A DNA stretch of 63,936 bases, counting the filler, from Reticulomyxa filosa (Eukaryota > Protista > Foraminifera), in the NCBI GenBank assembly GCA_000512085.1. It is 17 parts of 17 records of this genome, joined end to end, with 100 filler letters (N's around TTAATTAATTAA, not from the genome) between each part and the next. Parts side by side here need not be neighbours in the genome. Positions count along the whole stretch, not along the records: positions 1 to 5,213 come from ASPP01005201.1; positions 5,314 to 8,262 come from ASPP01006433.1; positions 8,363 to 10,546 come from ASPP01026836.1; positions 10,647 to 15,536 come from ASPP01011686.1; 13 more parts are not named here. One strand, given 5' to 3'. Of the stretch, positions 1-11,649 are shown piece by piece. The notes beneath the pieces are model-generated. The model did not search any database, was not told the origin of the DNA, and saw only the letters and a program-made list of their open reading frames with translations. Position 1 is the stretch's first letter; each line of letters starts with the position of its first letter. Made by a program: the position numbers and the translations under genes.

Positions 1-77
1 TTATTATTTATTATTTATTATTATTATTCCCGTGTTCAATCGTGCCAAGCCAATCACAAACACAAACACAACATAAC

Positions 78-1181
78 TTGATAGTAGTTTTCAAATTTCA
101 CTAATGTTTGAGCTGTGACTTTTGTAAAGATTTTCGCTATTGGGCCTTGGCTTGCATGTGGTGCCTCTTTGTGAAACAGTTCCAACGTATCTATTCATTG
201 TTCGTTATTATTATTATTATTATTATTATTATTGTTATTATGATTATTGGTTGTTATTTTATATTGTAAGGCAATTGTGTATATTGCAAGAACGCAAAAA
301 CAATACAACATTTAGTGTGTTTTTTTTTTTGTAATTTTATTGCATTAAAAAAAAAAAAAACAATAAAAACTTATGCACAACCAATCAAAAAGCACACACA
401 CGCACACAAGTAAACTGCTCATCAATCGCTGTGCGTATTCTTGTGCAGCAGTTTCACGGACTTGATGTAATTTACCTATTGTTTTTGTTGTTTGTTTGGG
501 AGAGCATTACCAGAACATCCAAATCGAATACAAGATATATTATACATATATGTACATGTATATATATATATTTTTTTTTTTTTTTAAAGAAAAGAGAGAA
601 AGGGGGTGGAGGGGATGACGAAACCGATGACTGCGTCCAAATGGTGGTTTCGAATCAATTGCTCTTGTGTTGCCTCTGCTGAGCACATTGGACAATTGTG
701 TCTTCCCATTTGTTGTTGTTATTGTTTTTTTGTATGTTATCGTTATCATATTTGTTTGTATTGTTCCAAAGAAACACATGACTCAAACATTTAATAGGAG
801 GAAAGGGGAGGAAGAGAAGCGTGTACGCAATTATTCACAATTTTTTTTTTTAATAAAAAAAATCCTATGATTTGGAGTTTTTTCTGGCCCTTATATAGCC
901 CTTGCTTCGAAATACCAATACAAAACTTGCGATTTAGACATTCTTTGATACATTTCTCACAAAAATTGTGTCCGCATGGTGTCATATGTCCTCGAGATAT
1001 ATCGTCAAAACATATCGGGCACGTAAAGTATTCCATCACATCATCAATCTTTTTTGTTTGTTTTTTGTTTGTGTTTAAACTACCGCCGAAAAATAAACGC
1101 AAAATGAAGAGAAGATGTTTGCTCAAATCTTGCCAGAATTGTCGCAGAAGATTGCGATTTTCTTCTTTTTATTGGCAACAT
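78..1181 (-). CDS. C3HC4 RING-finger protein (E3 ubiquitin ligase), multi-exon, 3' end runs off the window
   Basis: Exon ~1048-927 gives FTCPICFDDISRGHMTPCGHNFCEKCIKECLNRK. A GT-AG intron joins in frame to exon ~702-625 HNCPMCSAEATQEQLIRNHHLDAVI, completing the RING. Further helical exons at ~475-407 (KLHQVRETAAQEYAQRLMSSLL) and ~190-78. First exon (ATG 1181) is uncertain. Confidence 0.85.
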
Positions 1182-1536
1182 AATCGGTCTTTAAAATGTG
1201 TCTTGATGGGCGGTTTTTTTAAGACGGGAAACTCACAATGGACGGTGAGGAGAAACAAAGCAGAAATCCCACCTGTACAAATTATTGCATAATACGTCTT
1301 TTTAGCAAAAAAGTTGCGTCTAAGAGAAATTAAACGCTAGCACATCAAGCATATATCCCTTTCCCTAAACTCTTCAACTAAAACTGAGTTTTCTTTTGTG
1401 AAGACAGCTTCGTTACGTTCAAACTTTTGTTTACAGCTAGTTGGTTTCTTCAAAGAAACGCTGAGGCCACTTTGACAAAAGTTCAGTAGTAAAAGTTCTG
1501 TTTGTTTGACTCTTTTTAATTAACGCTGATTGAAGC

Positions 1537-1875
1537 ATGTCTAGTAAAAACGGTGGCAAAGGAGAGAAAATGCTTCCAGTACTTGGAGGGATTGTTGGAT
1601 TAGCAACTGTTCTCGGAGGTAATTTGCATACAACGCCTTATTCCGCTTTGAACCACTGAATGGAACAGGCTTATCTTCATGCTAAGCAAAACAAAACAAA
1701 AAAAACAGTTGGCGCTTTGGCGTACCATGAGCAAAAACAAGTGGACAAAGCCAAAAAAGATGCAAGAAAGACCCAGAAAAAGCAAGAAGAAGCATTAAAA
1801 GAGGCAAGAGACGCAAGAACGAGAGCAGATATCGCAAACAAACAAGTTGAAAAAGGCCAATCGCCAACGATTTAA
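1537..1875 (+). CDS. Small 82-aa single-pass membrane / coiled-coil protein
   Basis: join(1537..1618,1709..1875) with intron GTAATT...AAACAG. Gives MSSKNGGKGEKMLPVLGGIVGLATVLGVGALAYHEQKQVDKAKKDARKTQKKQEEALKEARDARTRADIANKQVEKGQSPTI; the hydrophobic segment spans the splice junction. Confidence 0.7.
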
Positions 1876-2518
1876 TTTTACTTTTGATGTGTCACACGGA
1901 TTAGAAACAACAAATGGTTTTTGCTGGTAATGTAGCGAAAACAAAAGCTGAGTGTTTTTTAACATTTTGAAAACTCGTGGATAAAAATTATGGTCCTAAC
2001 CAATTGATAAGTATCTTATAATTAATAGTTTGAAAGATGTTGGCATGTTACATAGAGGCCATGCACCAATTATTCATAAAATATATATTCTAATTCTACT
2101 AAGTAAAGTATTTAAAAGCAATTTGCTTCGCTTTATTCCGTAAAAAAAAGTCTTTAGATATGTTTTGTTAGTTCATAATTTTTCAGTCGTCCTTGAAGAA
2201 ACTAACTCTCACTGCAAAAAATTTCTTTGTAATCATCCGTGCATTTGGAGTGGATGCCCCACACGTTCCGAACGGTGGACCAAAACAAAAAATTGTCCGT
2301 TTTTTAGAACAAAAACTGTGAATAACTTAATTTTTTTTTATTTAAGCGGGTCACGTATTGTGGAATCCACTCTGAACAAAAGACTTTTATTCCTGTGTTA
2401 CACAAACATACACACCAAGCGACTTCAGCAAAAGATTAAAAAGTTCAAATGTTCTTTTTGGGGGATATAAGGCTTGGCTTCTCTTTGTTTTTTCCACAAA
2501 GGAAGAAATAACAGAAGG

Positions 2519-3410
2519 ATGATTGCATCTGATAACGAAGAGGAGATTCTAATACCACAGTTGGCAAGTGGTTTTTGTTTCTACAGTTGTTGTAGCACAC
2601 AGTATAGTTCGTTTATGATGAATAAATGAAAAAAAGACTGAAAAAGAAATAAAAATACTAGAAGTGAGATAGGATGGATTAGATAGTTTGAAAAGATTGT
2701 AAGTAGATTGTTGAGTAAGATATGTCATATATATTTTGTCAGTTTACACATAAGCTGTTTTTTTTTTATATTAGACTAAATAAATATTTGAAATTGACGC
2801 AAGTTCTAGAAGGACATGAAGGTATAATAAGAAGTGTAAGATTATCATCAGATGGAATAAAATAATATTATCATTGCATGATAAAACAATACGAATATGG
2901 GATGTAAAAACATGGAAAGAAATACAAGAAATAGAAGGACATTAGATTGGATTTATGTGGCGAATTTTCTCCAAATAAGAATGACATAATAGCATCGTGT
3001 TCACAAGACAGCAGTATTAGATTATGGGATTTAAACACAGGAAATGAAGTAATGAATTGTAAGAGTCTAATAATACTGACAACAATCAGTGATAGATATA
3101 AATTATTTGCCAGATGGCAAAAATATTATCAAGTTATTACGATTGAACAATAAAAATATTGGAGATAAATTCTGGTAAACTAATACAAACATTAACATAA
3201 CATAATGATGAAGTAATAAGTGTAAAATTTTCATCAAGTGGTAAAATGATTGTATCATCATCTAGTAATATTATCTTATTATGGGATATTCAATTTGGCA
3301 AAAAATCAAGAATTTAAAGGATATGGTTATTCTGTTATTCTTGCTAAATTTGCCCAAATAATAAGTATATTGTTTCTTGTTCAGAAGATAAGACTATAAG
3401 AATATGTACA
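2519..3410 (+). pseudogene. Degenerate WD40-repeat gene
   Basis: WD motifs LEGHEGIIRSV..., DKTIRIWDV, IIASCSQDSSIRLWDL and IVSCSRDKTIRI, interrupted by several stops and frameshifts. Confidence 0.85.
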
Positions 3411-3469
3411 TTAACGATTTTTATTAAAAATCAAATATATTTTTGGATTCCAGGATGAATAGATATTAT

Positions 3470-4673
3470 TTAAAAAAAGAATTTTGGATAATGTTGATTT
3501 TCGTGAAGAAACATATTGTTCATTTTAGGGTGATCTTTTTTTAGCTTTCAATTATACAGTAGATTGCAAAAAAACTGACATACCTAATGGCACTATATGA
3601 ATAGAATCGATTTCCTCCATGAAAAATAAAGATTTAAAACTAATTTTTAAAAAAATATCTACTAATATTGTAGTTTTTAAATATTAAAATTTTTTTTTAA
3701 AAATTTCAAAATTTTGTTGAAAATTATAAAAGACACAAGTCTAATTTTTTTTAAAAAGTATCTACGTGACTTAAAGATTCCTAAAAGATTTAAAAATTTC
3801 TTATTTTTAATACAGGTTCAATTTTTAAAAATCATTTGAAAAAATCATATTTTTGATTAACCTAGAAAAAACTTATCATAAAACCAATTTCATATTTAAA
3901 AACTACAAGATTAGTAAAGATTTTTAAAAAAATTAGGTTTAAATCTTTATTTTTCATGGAGAAAATCGGTTCTCTTCATATAGTGCCATTTAGGTGTGGC
4001 AGTTTTTTTTGCAATTTACTGTATATGGAAGCGATGAAATTCACTATGTGGAAAAAAGAATGGTAGAATACTGGTGATAGAGAAGTTTAAAAGACAAATA
4101 TTTGTGGGTGTAACATCATAGTGTGTGTGCTTTGGTGCTAAAGGCATTAATATTTTTGCAAAATTGAAAGAAGAGTTAATTTCAAAATGTGTAAAGAAAT
4201 ATTATTATGAAATGCTTCCATATTGCTTATACAATAATAGAAACTGATTGTTTTTACAAGATAACGCAAAGAGCCACAAGTACAAAGCAGTAAATAAGTG
4301 GATTGAACAAAGCAAAATGAATGTTATTAAGTTCAATATAAATTCGCTTGATCTAGGCAATAATCAAAGCAAAACTTTACAAATGTGATCAAATGATAAT
4401 AGAAAATTTTTTTAAAATGTGAAAAAGTGAAAAAGATATATGCAAAAGCTAAATACCAAAACAAATGCAAGCTATTATCGACACCAAAGGAAAGCTAACA
4501 GTGATAAAAAATATTAAAAAAAAATTTTCAAATTGTAAAAGGAAAAAATTTTTTAGTCTAGGACGACTTTATTTAAAAGCAGTATCATTCCAATATTTGT
4601 AGATATTTAAAAAAAATTTGGATTGATTGTTATTTTTCATGTAGAAAATCAATTATCTTCATAAAGTACATTT
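3470..4673 (+). mobile_element. Decayed Tc1/Tc3-type (IS630-Tc1-mariner) transposon
   Basis: Translated fragments: DNVDFREET (first-D region), FQLYGSD (cf. Tc3 FNLDGPDG), CFGAKG, FLQDNAKSHK (cf. FQQDNAxxH), NSLDL (cf. SPDL) and QAIIDTKG (C-terminal motif). Right TIR relic at 4591-4673. Confidence 0.8.
3557..4021. mobile_element. MITE (465 bp) with ~130-bp terminal inverted repeats
   Basis: 3557-3684 (CAGTAGATTGCAAAAAAACTGACATACCTAATGGCACTATATG...) is the imperfect reverse complement of 3892-4021 (...CATATAGTGCCATTTAGGTGTGGCAGTTTTTTTTGCAATTTACTG). TATA flanks both sides; no internal ORF. Confidence 0.9.
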
Positions 4674-5213
4674 AATTTAAACACAATATGCAAGTTTCAC
4701 AAAACAAGAATTAGCGAAAAAAATAATGAATTTAATACCGGTTTTTATTGAAGAGAAATAATTTTTTTCAAAAGTTTCAAGTTTTACGTATCTATTTTTA
4801 TCATTAGCTGTTATGTTGAAGATATAGTGATTCGAAAATATTTTAGGTCAGAACATTGAGAATCCAACGTATTTCGCCATTATTAATCCATCTTTGGTAT
4901 TCCATCACTTGGGCATCATCAATTTTCATAATTTCGACAATTTTTTGAAAACAAAGCATTTGTAAATGGAAAAAATTACTTTTGGGATCTGTGTCCTTCG
5001 AGTGTTGCCAAAATTGCCTGGCATTTTTATAACTTATTCCTGGCCTTTTTGCAATGATTTGTGTGTGTTTGATCTTTTTGCTTGAAAAAAGAAATTGAGG
5101 GAAGATCCAGTTGTCAGATGTCAAATCATGCATAGTCCGTTCTGGTAAATACATACAAAGTTGCACATTGCAACATTTGTTGGGCAATGATAGCAAATCT
5201 TCCCAGTACCTAA

Positions 5214-5313
5214 NNNNNNNNNNNNNNNNNNNNNNNNNNNNNNNNNNNNNNNNNNNNTTAATTAATTAANNNNNNNNNNNNNNNNNNNNNNNNNNNNNNN
5301 NNNNNNNNNNNNN
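5214..5313. other. Artificial contig-joining spacer (first of 16 identical 100-bp spacers)
   Basis: 44 N + TTAATTAATTAA (stops in all six frames) + 44 N. Spacers start at 5214, 8263, 10547, 15537, 23483, 25440, 27145, 31593, 34725, 46717, 48008, 49454, 50585, 54898, 56280 and 61525. Confidence 0.98.
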
Positions 5314-7036
5314 TTGTTGAATGCGTCTTCGAAGTAATTGAGCCCAAGGTGTCGCTGCTGCACTTATCTGGTAAATGCCCTTTGTGCTCTGATTGTGCAA
5401 GCGAGCTAGATTTACTGTGCTTTGCATAGCTCCTTGTCTTGTGTGTTTTTGTGTGTTTCTGGGAAACGAAATCTAATCAGTAAGTAATGGAGAACGGAGG
5501 GGATTGCTTGTATCTTAATTAAGTTAGTTTCTGAAGCAAAAATAAATGTTTTAAATGATAGTACAATCCTGCGTGCCTTGCCAAAAGTTCAATAATAATT
5601 TGAAAAGTTCAAACAAAAGACGCATTTGATTTTGATTTTGTTTTTGCTTGTGAGATGGAATGTTGTCATTCATATTTGTTTTCTTTTCAACTTACTCTCA
5701 CTGCTCGTCACACACGATTGCTGTCTCTGATTCCAATCTCCAAACATTGCCTTTTTTTCTTTTTCTTTTTCCATCATTGATCTTGTCCTTTGAAATCAAA
5801 TAATCAATCTTCAGTTGCTTCATTTTTATCAATTCCATTTGATTAATATAATTGGAAAACCCATCACGAATAAAAAAGGTGTGCAATTCGATTTTTCATA
5901 TAATATCATCCAATAAATATATCGCGATAACTTATTTTTTTTTCAATGTTGCCGTAAATAACGTTAAGTCTGTCTTTGAACAAAACAAATAACAACACAA
6001 AACGTTGCATGTATCCACAAAAGTTATTTTCACTAATTCCTGACAAGGGCAAGCAGGTATCAAGCTTTGTGGTTTGTTGTCAAAGGACAAACATTACACA
6101 TGTGAAAATAAAAAAAATTGAACTGCACTCCCCCTTGCCACTTCCTGTTTTAGTTGATTTTATCTAATTTTAGTTTGATTAAATAGCAATACTCACAATT
6201 TGATAAATGAAGATATTTTTTGTTGAAAAATACAAAAAGAAATTATGACTGATTAAAGAGTTTTTAAAAGGGTATATATGAAAAATAGAATTTAGTGAGA
6301 CATGTTTATAGCACATTAGATTGGATGGAAAAAAAGGAATGATGCTTTTTTGTATCGAAAACAACACCAATTTAAAAGACAAAGTGATATTTATCACGTC
6401 TTAGCACTGTGAAACTTTTGTTTTTGGTTTTGCTTAATCAAAAAATGAAAACATTATTATATTTTTTGCAATGAAACACAAAACATAAAAATTTTTTATT
6501 AACTCAGGAATACAGATATCTGCTTTTCGCACAATTTTTATTAAATTAGAACATTTTACATGCATTTCCCTAACTTCTTTTAAGAATTGAGTTACAAAAA
6601 CAGGAAGTCCAAAGTATTTGAAGAAGCCATTCCATATTTAAATATGCAAAAACACATGACAATAATTAAAAAAATGTCCAGATCTGAAAAAGAATTGCAG
6701 CACGATTTTGGTACTGTAATAACCGAAGAAACAGTAGAAGAAATGAAAGGTAATAATGTCTCCCCTGCAAAAAAACAAAAAATTAACAAAACAAACAATA
6801 AAGTCTTACTACTGAGTTTGCACACGAACTTATATTTTTTCTCTTGTTGGTCAATGCACTTTAACTCTTTTTTTTTTTTTTGCATTTTTGGGGTACACTG
6901 TGTCGTTGTAATTCAGCATCACTTGGATACTCACAGATAGACATACTTTGATGTGGTAAGCAGTTATATTAATGACATGAATGATTACATATGTCTACAA
7001 GAGAAAAATAAGACAGCAAATGAACAAGAAATCTTT

Positions 7037-8219
7037 TCAATTGGAAAGGACCTCTCTTTGTTTGAAAAAGGAACTGTGTAACATTTTGAGTGTATGCCTG
7101 GTCTTCTAATGTACAACAAACAAGTAAAGAAAAAACCATTAAAGCAACAATACAAACCTCAACAAACAAAAAAACAAGACAAACAAAAAAAATTTCCCAA
7201 GTTGCTCATTTCGATTTTTTTTTTTCTTTGAGGAAAGAAAAAAAAAATAACAACACAAAAAAAACAAGTTAAAAAAAAAACAAACAACAACAACAAAAAA
7301 GAGGATGTTATTCTGCCTCACTTCCGCTGCTGTATGAAACAACACTCTTTCTTCAGACAAATCGGATAAAATTAATTCTTCGTCTTTGGATTTGTTTTCC
7401 ATGTACTTGAGTAGCAACGCTCTGCATTTTTCATCAGAGATCAAGTCAATAGGTTTTTTATTGTCTTGTGTAATGTCATTGGGATCGGCTCTTTTGGAAA
7501 GCAGATACTCCAAAACGGGATAGTCATTTCGAAATGCCGCGACATGTAACGGGGAAAATCCATCCAAGCCACTCATGTCAACCCTGGCCCCATTTTCAAC
7601 GAGGAATCGGATGATGGGCAAATCGCCACGCTCAACAGCTTTATGCAATGGGGTATGGCCATTTTGTTCGCGGAGATTAATATCCTAACAACAGAAAACA
7701 GATGTCAAGTAGTATTGGAAAGAGGTAAACACATTTCAGAGACAATGCAATATATAACATAAGGTCTATTCTTGACCAACACTTGGATGGCCTCCAATGA
7801 TGCGTGGAACACGGCATAATGCAATTCGGTGCTTCGAGGCTCAAGTTCAGATTGTTGAGGCTGTTTGCGAGTGGAGAACCTTCGACTGGATTTTTTACGC
7901 AAGTGTACAGAGGACAATCCTTGATACATGGATTGGTGACGAGTTTTGTTCAAGTCCTGCTTTTTGCCATTGGCTTTGTGCGACTGCATTTTCTCCATAT
8001 CATTTATGTGTCGCTTTTGGATATCGTCCATGCTGTTGTTTCGAGCCTTGTGGCGAGGTCCAGAAGAGCCAGAAGAAGAAAGAGGAAGAGGCGGAGGAGG
8101 AGAAGTAGTAGTTGCAGTAATTGCACTTTCTGTTGCAATCGTCACACCATTCGAATCTATGTCAATGTCGTTACCTTTTCGAAGTCGAGTCTCTGATTGT
8201 GATTTTAATGGCAGTTGTC

Positions 8220-8262
<43 letters not shown>
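7037..8262 (-). CDS. Ankyrin-repeat protein, 5'-truncated, 3 exons
   Basis: TELHYAV..., intron, then DINLREQNGHTPLHKAVERGDLPIIRFLVENGA, GFSPLHVAAFRND..., KKPIDL. Last exon TRHTLKMLHSSFFKQREVLSN* (TGA 7039-7037). Confidence 0.9.
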
Positions 8263-8385
8263 NNNNNNNNNNNNNNNNNNNNNNNNNNNNNNNNNNNNNN
8301 NNNNNNTTAATTAATTAANNNNNNNNNNNNNNNNNNNNNNNNNNNNNNNNNNNNNNNNNNNNTTTTTTTTTTTTTGGCCTTGTAG

Positions 8386-9044
8386 AAACCATTTCAATCC
8401 AAACGCAACAAAGAAATTCGTAGAGAACCAGGAGACGACCCAGATAAAAAGACAAGCGACCTAGATCGAAATGTCGTAGAAATGGACCCAGAATGTGGCC
8501 ATCACTTTAGTGGAGAGGCACGCAATTTGATTAAAGGTTTGCTGTGCAAGAGACCAAAACGCAGATTAGGAGCAAATGGAATCAAAGAAATTAAAGAGCA
8601 TCCGTGGTTTGATCCCATTGATTTTGGACTGCTGGAAGCAGGATACTTGGACCCTCCTCATGTTCCGTCGGTAGTTTTCATTTTCAATAAACAAACCAAA
8701 AAAAAAAAACAAAAAAAATGTGTGAGTGGATATAATGTTTTGTGTTTGAATAGATGGATAATGTAAATACTGACAACTTACAAAACATGGGTCCTCCATT
8801 GCAGGATCATAAGTATGAACGTGTGAAAATAAAACCAGAATTTTTGGAGTCCTTGCACAATTTTCCTTTCATCTCCAACAAAGTCATCCAAGAAGAAATT
8901 GTCGAGTTATTGCAAAAGATTAGGCTACAGCGCAGACAATCACAAGACCCCACCGATACTGATACAGATCCCTTTGGTTTCATTGAACGCGGGGGCAGTC
9001 AGCGGACTGCGGGCTCGTGTTTGAAGAGATGTGCGTTGATGTAA
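8386..9044 (+). CDS. C-terminal part of an AGC kinase, G-protein-coupled receptor kinase (GRK)-like, ending in a CaaX box
   Basis: join(~8386..8670,8754..9044): FSGEARNLIKGLLCKRPKRRLGANGIKEIKEHPWFDPIDFGLLEAGYLDPPHVP (AGC subdomain XI and tail), IQEEIVE (cf. GRK WQNEMIE), C-terminus CALM*. Confidence 0.8.
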
Positions 9045-9749
9045 GATGCAGGTCAATCTTGATATTTTTATTTTTATTTTTTTTGTCCATGGCTCATTTA
9101 ACCAAAAAAAAAAAAAATAACAATAAACATTATACATATATACGAATATAACAAATCATTAGCTCGACGCAAACAAAGACAAGTTTGATTTGGATGTCTT
9201 TATTTCGGGGCTATTTTGTGATTGGTTTTTATTTTTATTAACTTATTAATTGGTCTTTTTTTTTCCCCTCTTCTCTTGTCTTCCTTTCTTTATGGTGAAT
9301 GCATTTCGGGAGGTAGTTATTTTTTTCTTTTTATTTTTTGGATTGTTATTTATTTGTTTGTGTGTTCCTGTTGTTTTGTTTTTCCATGGTCAGTCACTAC
9401 GGGATATAGTCATATTTCTATCGACCTTCTTCTCTTACACAAGAAGCGTATGTTTAACTTGAAAATTTATTGCGTTATGTCACAATTTTTATTTTTCCAT
9501 CTTGTAAATAAGCGCACAGACACAGAGCGTGCATCAATGGACAGGTTAGTGAGGACGTTATAGTATGAGAGAGATGGTACTTTTGAGAAAAAAAAAAGAG
9601 GTACGACAAAGGGATGGACGTAGTCACTGGGTATATTAAAAAAAAAAATTTGTTAAATAGAGGAGGAGGGATAATAAAAGGAAATGACACAATACTTTTC
9701 CAACAGCCTTGCAAGCAGTACAACAAAAGAAAGGAAAAAAAAAAAAAAT

Positions 9750-10525
9750 TAACTTTTCAATCTCTTGGATCAAGTCTTGGGTGTTTCGCACACAATTTCT
9801 CAAATGCGCCTCATTTTGGAATCGGACTTTGAACTTTGTTTGTGCATTTGGATCGCATTTCAAACGAGTGTTCATCTTGCACTCAATATCTAATTTTTGG
9901 CTCATTATGCTCTGCACGGATAAGAGTTGACGATAGACCCCTGACGTATGCATAGCCTTTTGGTGTCGTATTGATCATTGTGTTGCATTGTCTTTGTATT
10001 GAGCTTATTTGATCATAACAAAAAAAAAAAAAAGATATTTTGAAAGAGTAGAAAGACTACAAACTTTGACAAATGCATTTGAATTGGTTCGCGCGGATTG
10101 GTCGAGATTGCGAGTATTGCGATTGGTTCCACAAAGCATCAATTCAGTGATCAATTGGAACAAACCAAAATCGACACGGTGAATTTGCAGCCGCTCACCC
10201 AAGACTTCAATTGTATCTGAGTGATCGAATATCAAGTCGCGACATCCTTATGTTTATTATTGTTATTGGATATTGCAACTACATACGTATAATAATATAT
10301 ACATACATACATACATAATGTATATATAATATACAATTTAGATTAACTTTGATCATGTCTTGCCAAAGCGATTAAAAACCTCAAAATTTTGGAGATTAAT
10401 TTCAAATGAGGCTCACTGCGATTGCAAGACCGTAGTACATCATACAGACTTCCCACCACATTGTGTTGTGTGATACGATCACCGACATTCGGTACGTGCA
10501 GCAGCAACATTTCTTTTGTACGCAT
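9750..10525 (-). CDS. ASPM: C-terminal HEAT/ARM-like region of an abnormal-spindle (ASPM/Asp)-like protein, 5'-truncated, multi-exon
   Basis: LYDVLRSCNRSEPHLKLISKILRFLIALAR matches the ASPM C-terminal IRSCNRSxP motif. Further exons at ~10248-10066 and ~10000-9755. Confidence 0.6.
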
Positions 10526-10646
10526 GTTTTTTTTTTTTTTTTTTTTNNNNNNNNNNNNNNNNNNNNNNNNNNNNNNNNNNNNNNNNNNNNTTAATTAATT
10601 AANNNNNNNNNNNNNNNNNNNNNNNNNNNNNNNNNNNNNNNNNNNN

Positions 10647-10688
<42 letters not shown>

Positions 10689-10736
10689 CAGACTTTTGTA
10701 ATAATCATTATTTCTTGTTTTTCTTATTTGTCTTAG

Positions 10737-11179
10737 GAATTGAAACGTTGCAAAATGCTAAACGCACTTGTGCCATTTATGTTGGAATTGGTGATACCAA
10801 TACCAACGAGTTTAACGCAATTTGGTATAATCACATCAACATTACTGTGTTTGACGATCAAACCTATCCAGTTTACCCAGGCCATCCAAGGATTAACGAC
10901 GTGGTCTACATTGACAAATTTAGTCAGCCTTCGACTGACCCTTGTCTCTCTGAGTTGCTGACTGCTGGGTATGGAAGTATCAGTCCCGAGTATCTATACC
11001 GCTATGTAGCCCCTGTTTTGCAAACTGGCTCCTTGCATGTCGCCGTCTACGATTTTGCCAACGATCAAATGTTTATCAGCAATGCTGCTGCATGGATTCC
11101 AGGGCAACCACAACTCAAGGGCTATGAAAGACCGTTCATTCAATTGGATATGGCCTCGGTTTTGTCAGAAAAATTGTAA
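10737..11179 (+). CDS. C-terminal part of an acid-ceramidase / Dcd1-like Ntn-hydrolase family protein
   Basis: RTCAIYVGIGD, VVYIDKFSQPS and QTGSLHVAVYDFANDQMFISNA...YERPFIQLDM resemble the C-terminus of Dictyostelium Dcd1-type proteins. 5' end lost at the contig edge. Confidence 0.6.
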
Positions 11180-11649
11180 ACTTTTTTTTTGGTAATTTTG
11201 TTTTGCTAAAATTTTGTCAATTTATTATTTTTTCAGATACATGTCTCAAATTTTTTTGTTTGTTCTTACTTTGTGGATAACATTCTTTCATTTTTCCCAA
11301 ATAATTCAGAAGACCTCTTGAACCTTTTTTTTTTGTATCATATTAAAGGCAATATTTTTTTGTCAAAGTGGATTCTTCTTTGAAATTACTGTTGTCTGCA
11401 CGATGACACCAAAGAGTTTCTTTACTGAATTAGTAATATATTAAAACAACTCAAAATGAATCGTTTCCTTAGTTGTTAACAGCAGAATACTGTGACAGTC
11501 TTCAGACAGTATCTAGTGTTGACCAAAAAAAAAAGATGAGAATCGTTCAGAAATTTCTTTTTGAGCTTTGCGGCCCAAAACTTTTTCTTTTTTTGTTTGT
11601 ACTTCAAGTTTTTGGTTTAGTATTTTCTTTTTGACTATTATTTTGTAAA

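Noticed and set aside
140-870. Plus-strand poly-Y/poly-F ORFs
   Set aside because: Translations of microsatellite introns of the minus-strand RING gene.
4843-5886. Minus-strand fragments on either side of the first spacer as possible retroelement remnants
   Set aside because: No diagnostic RT, endonuclease or gag motif could be read, and they lie on two different contigs.
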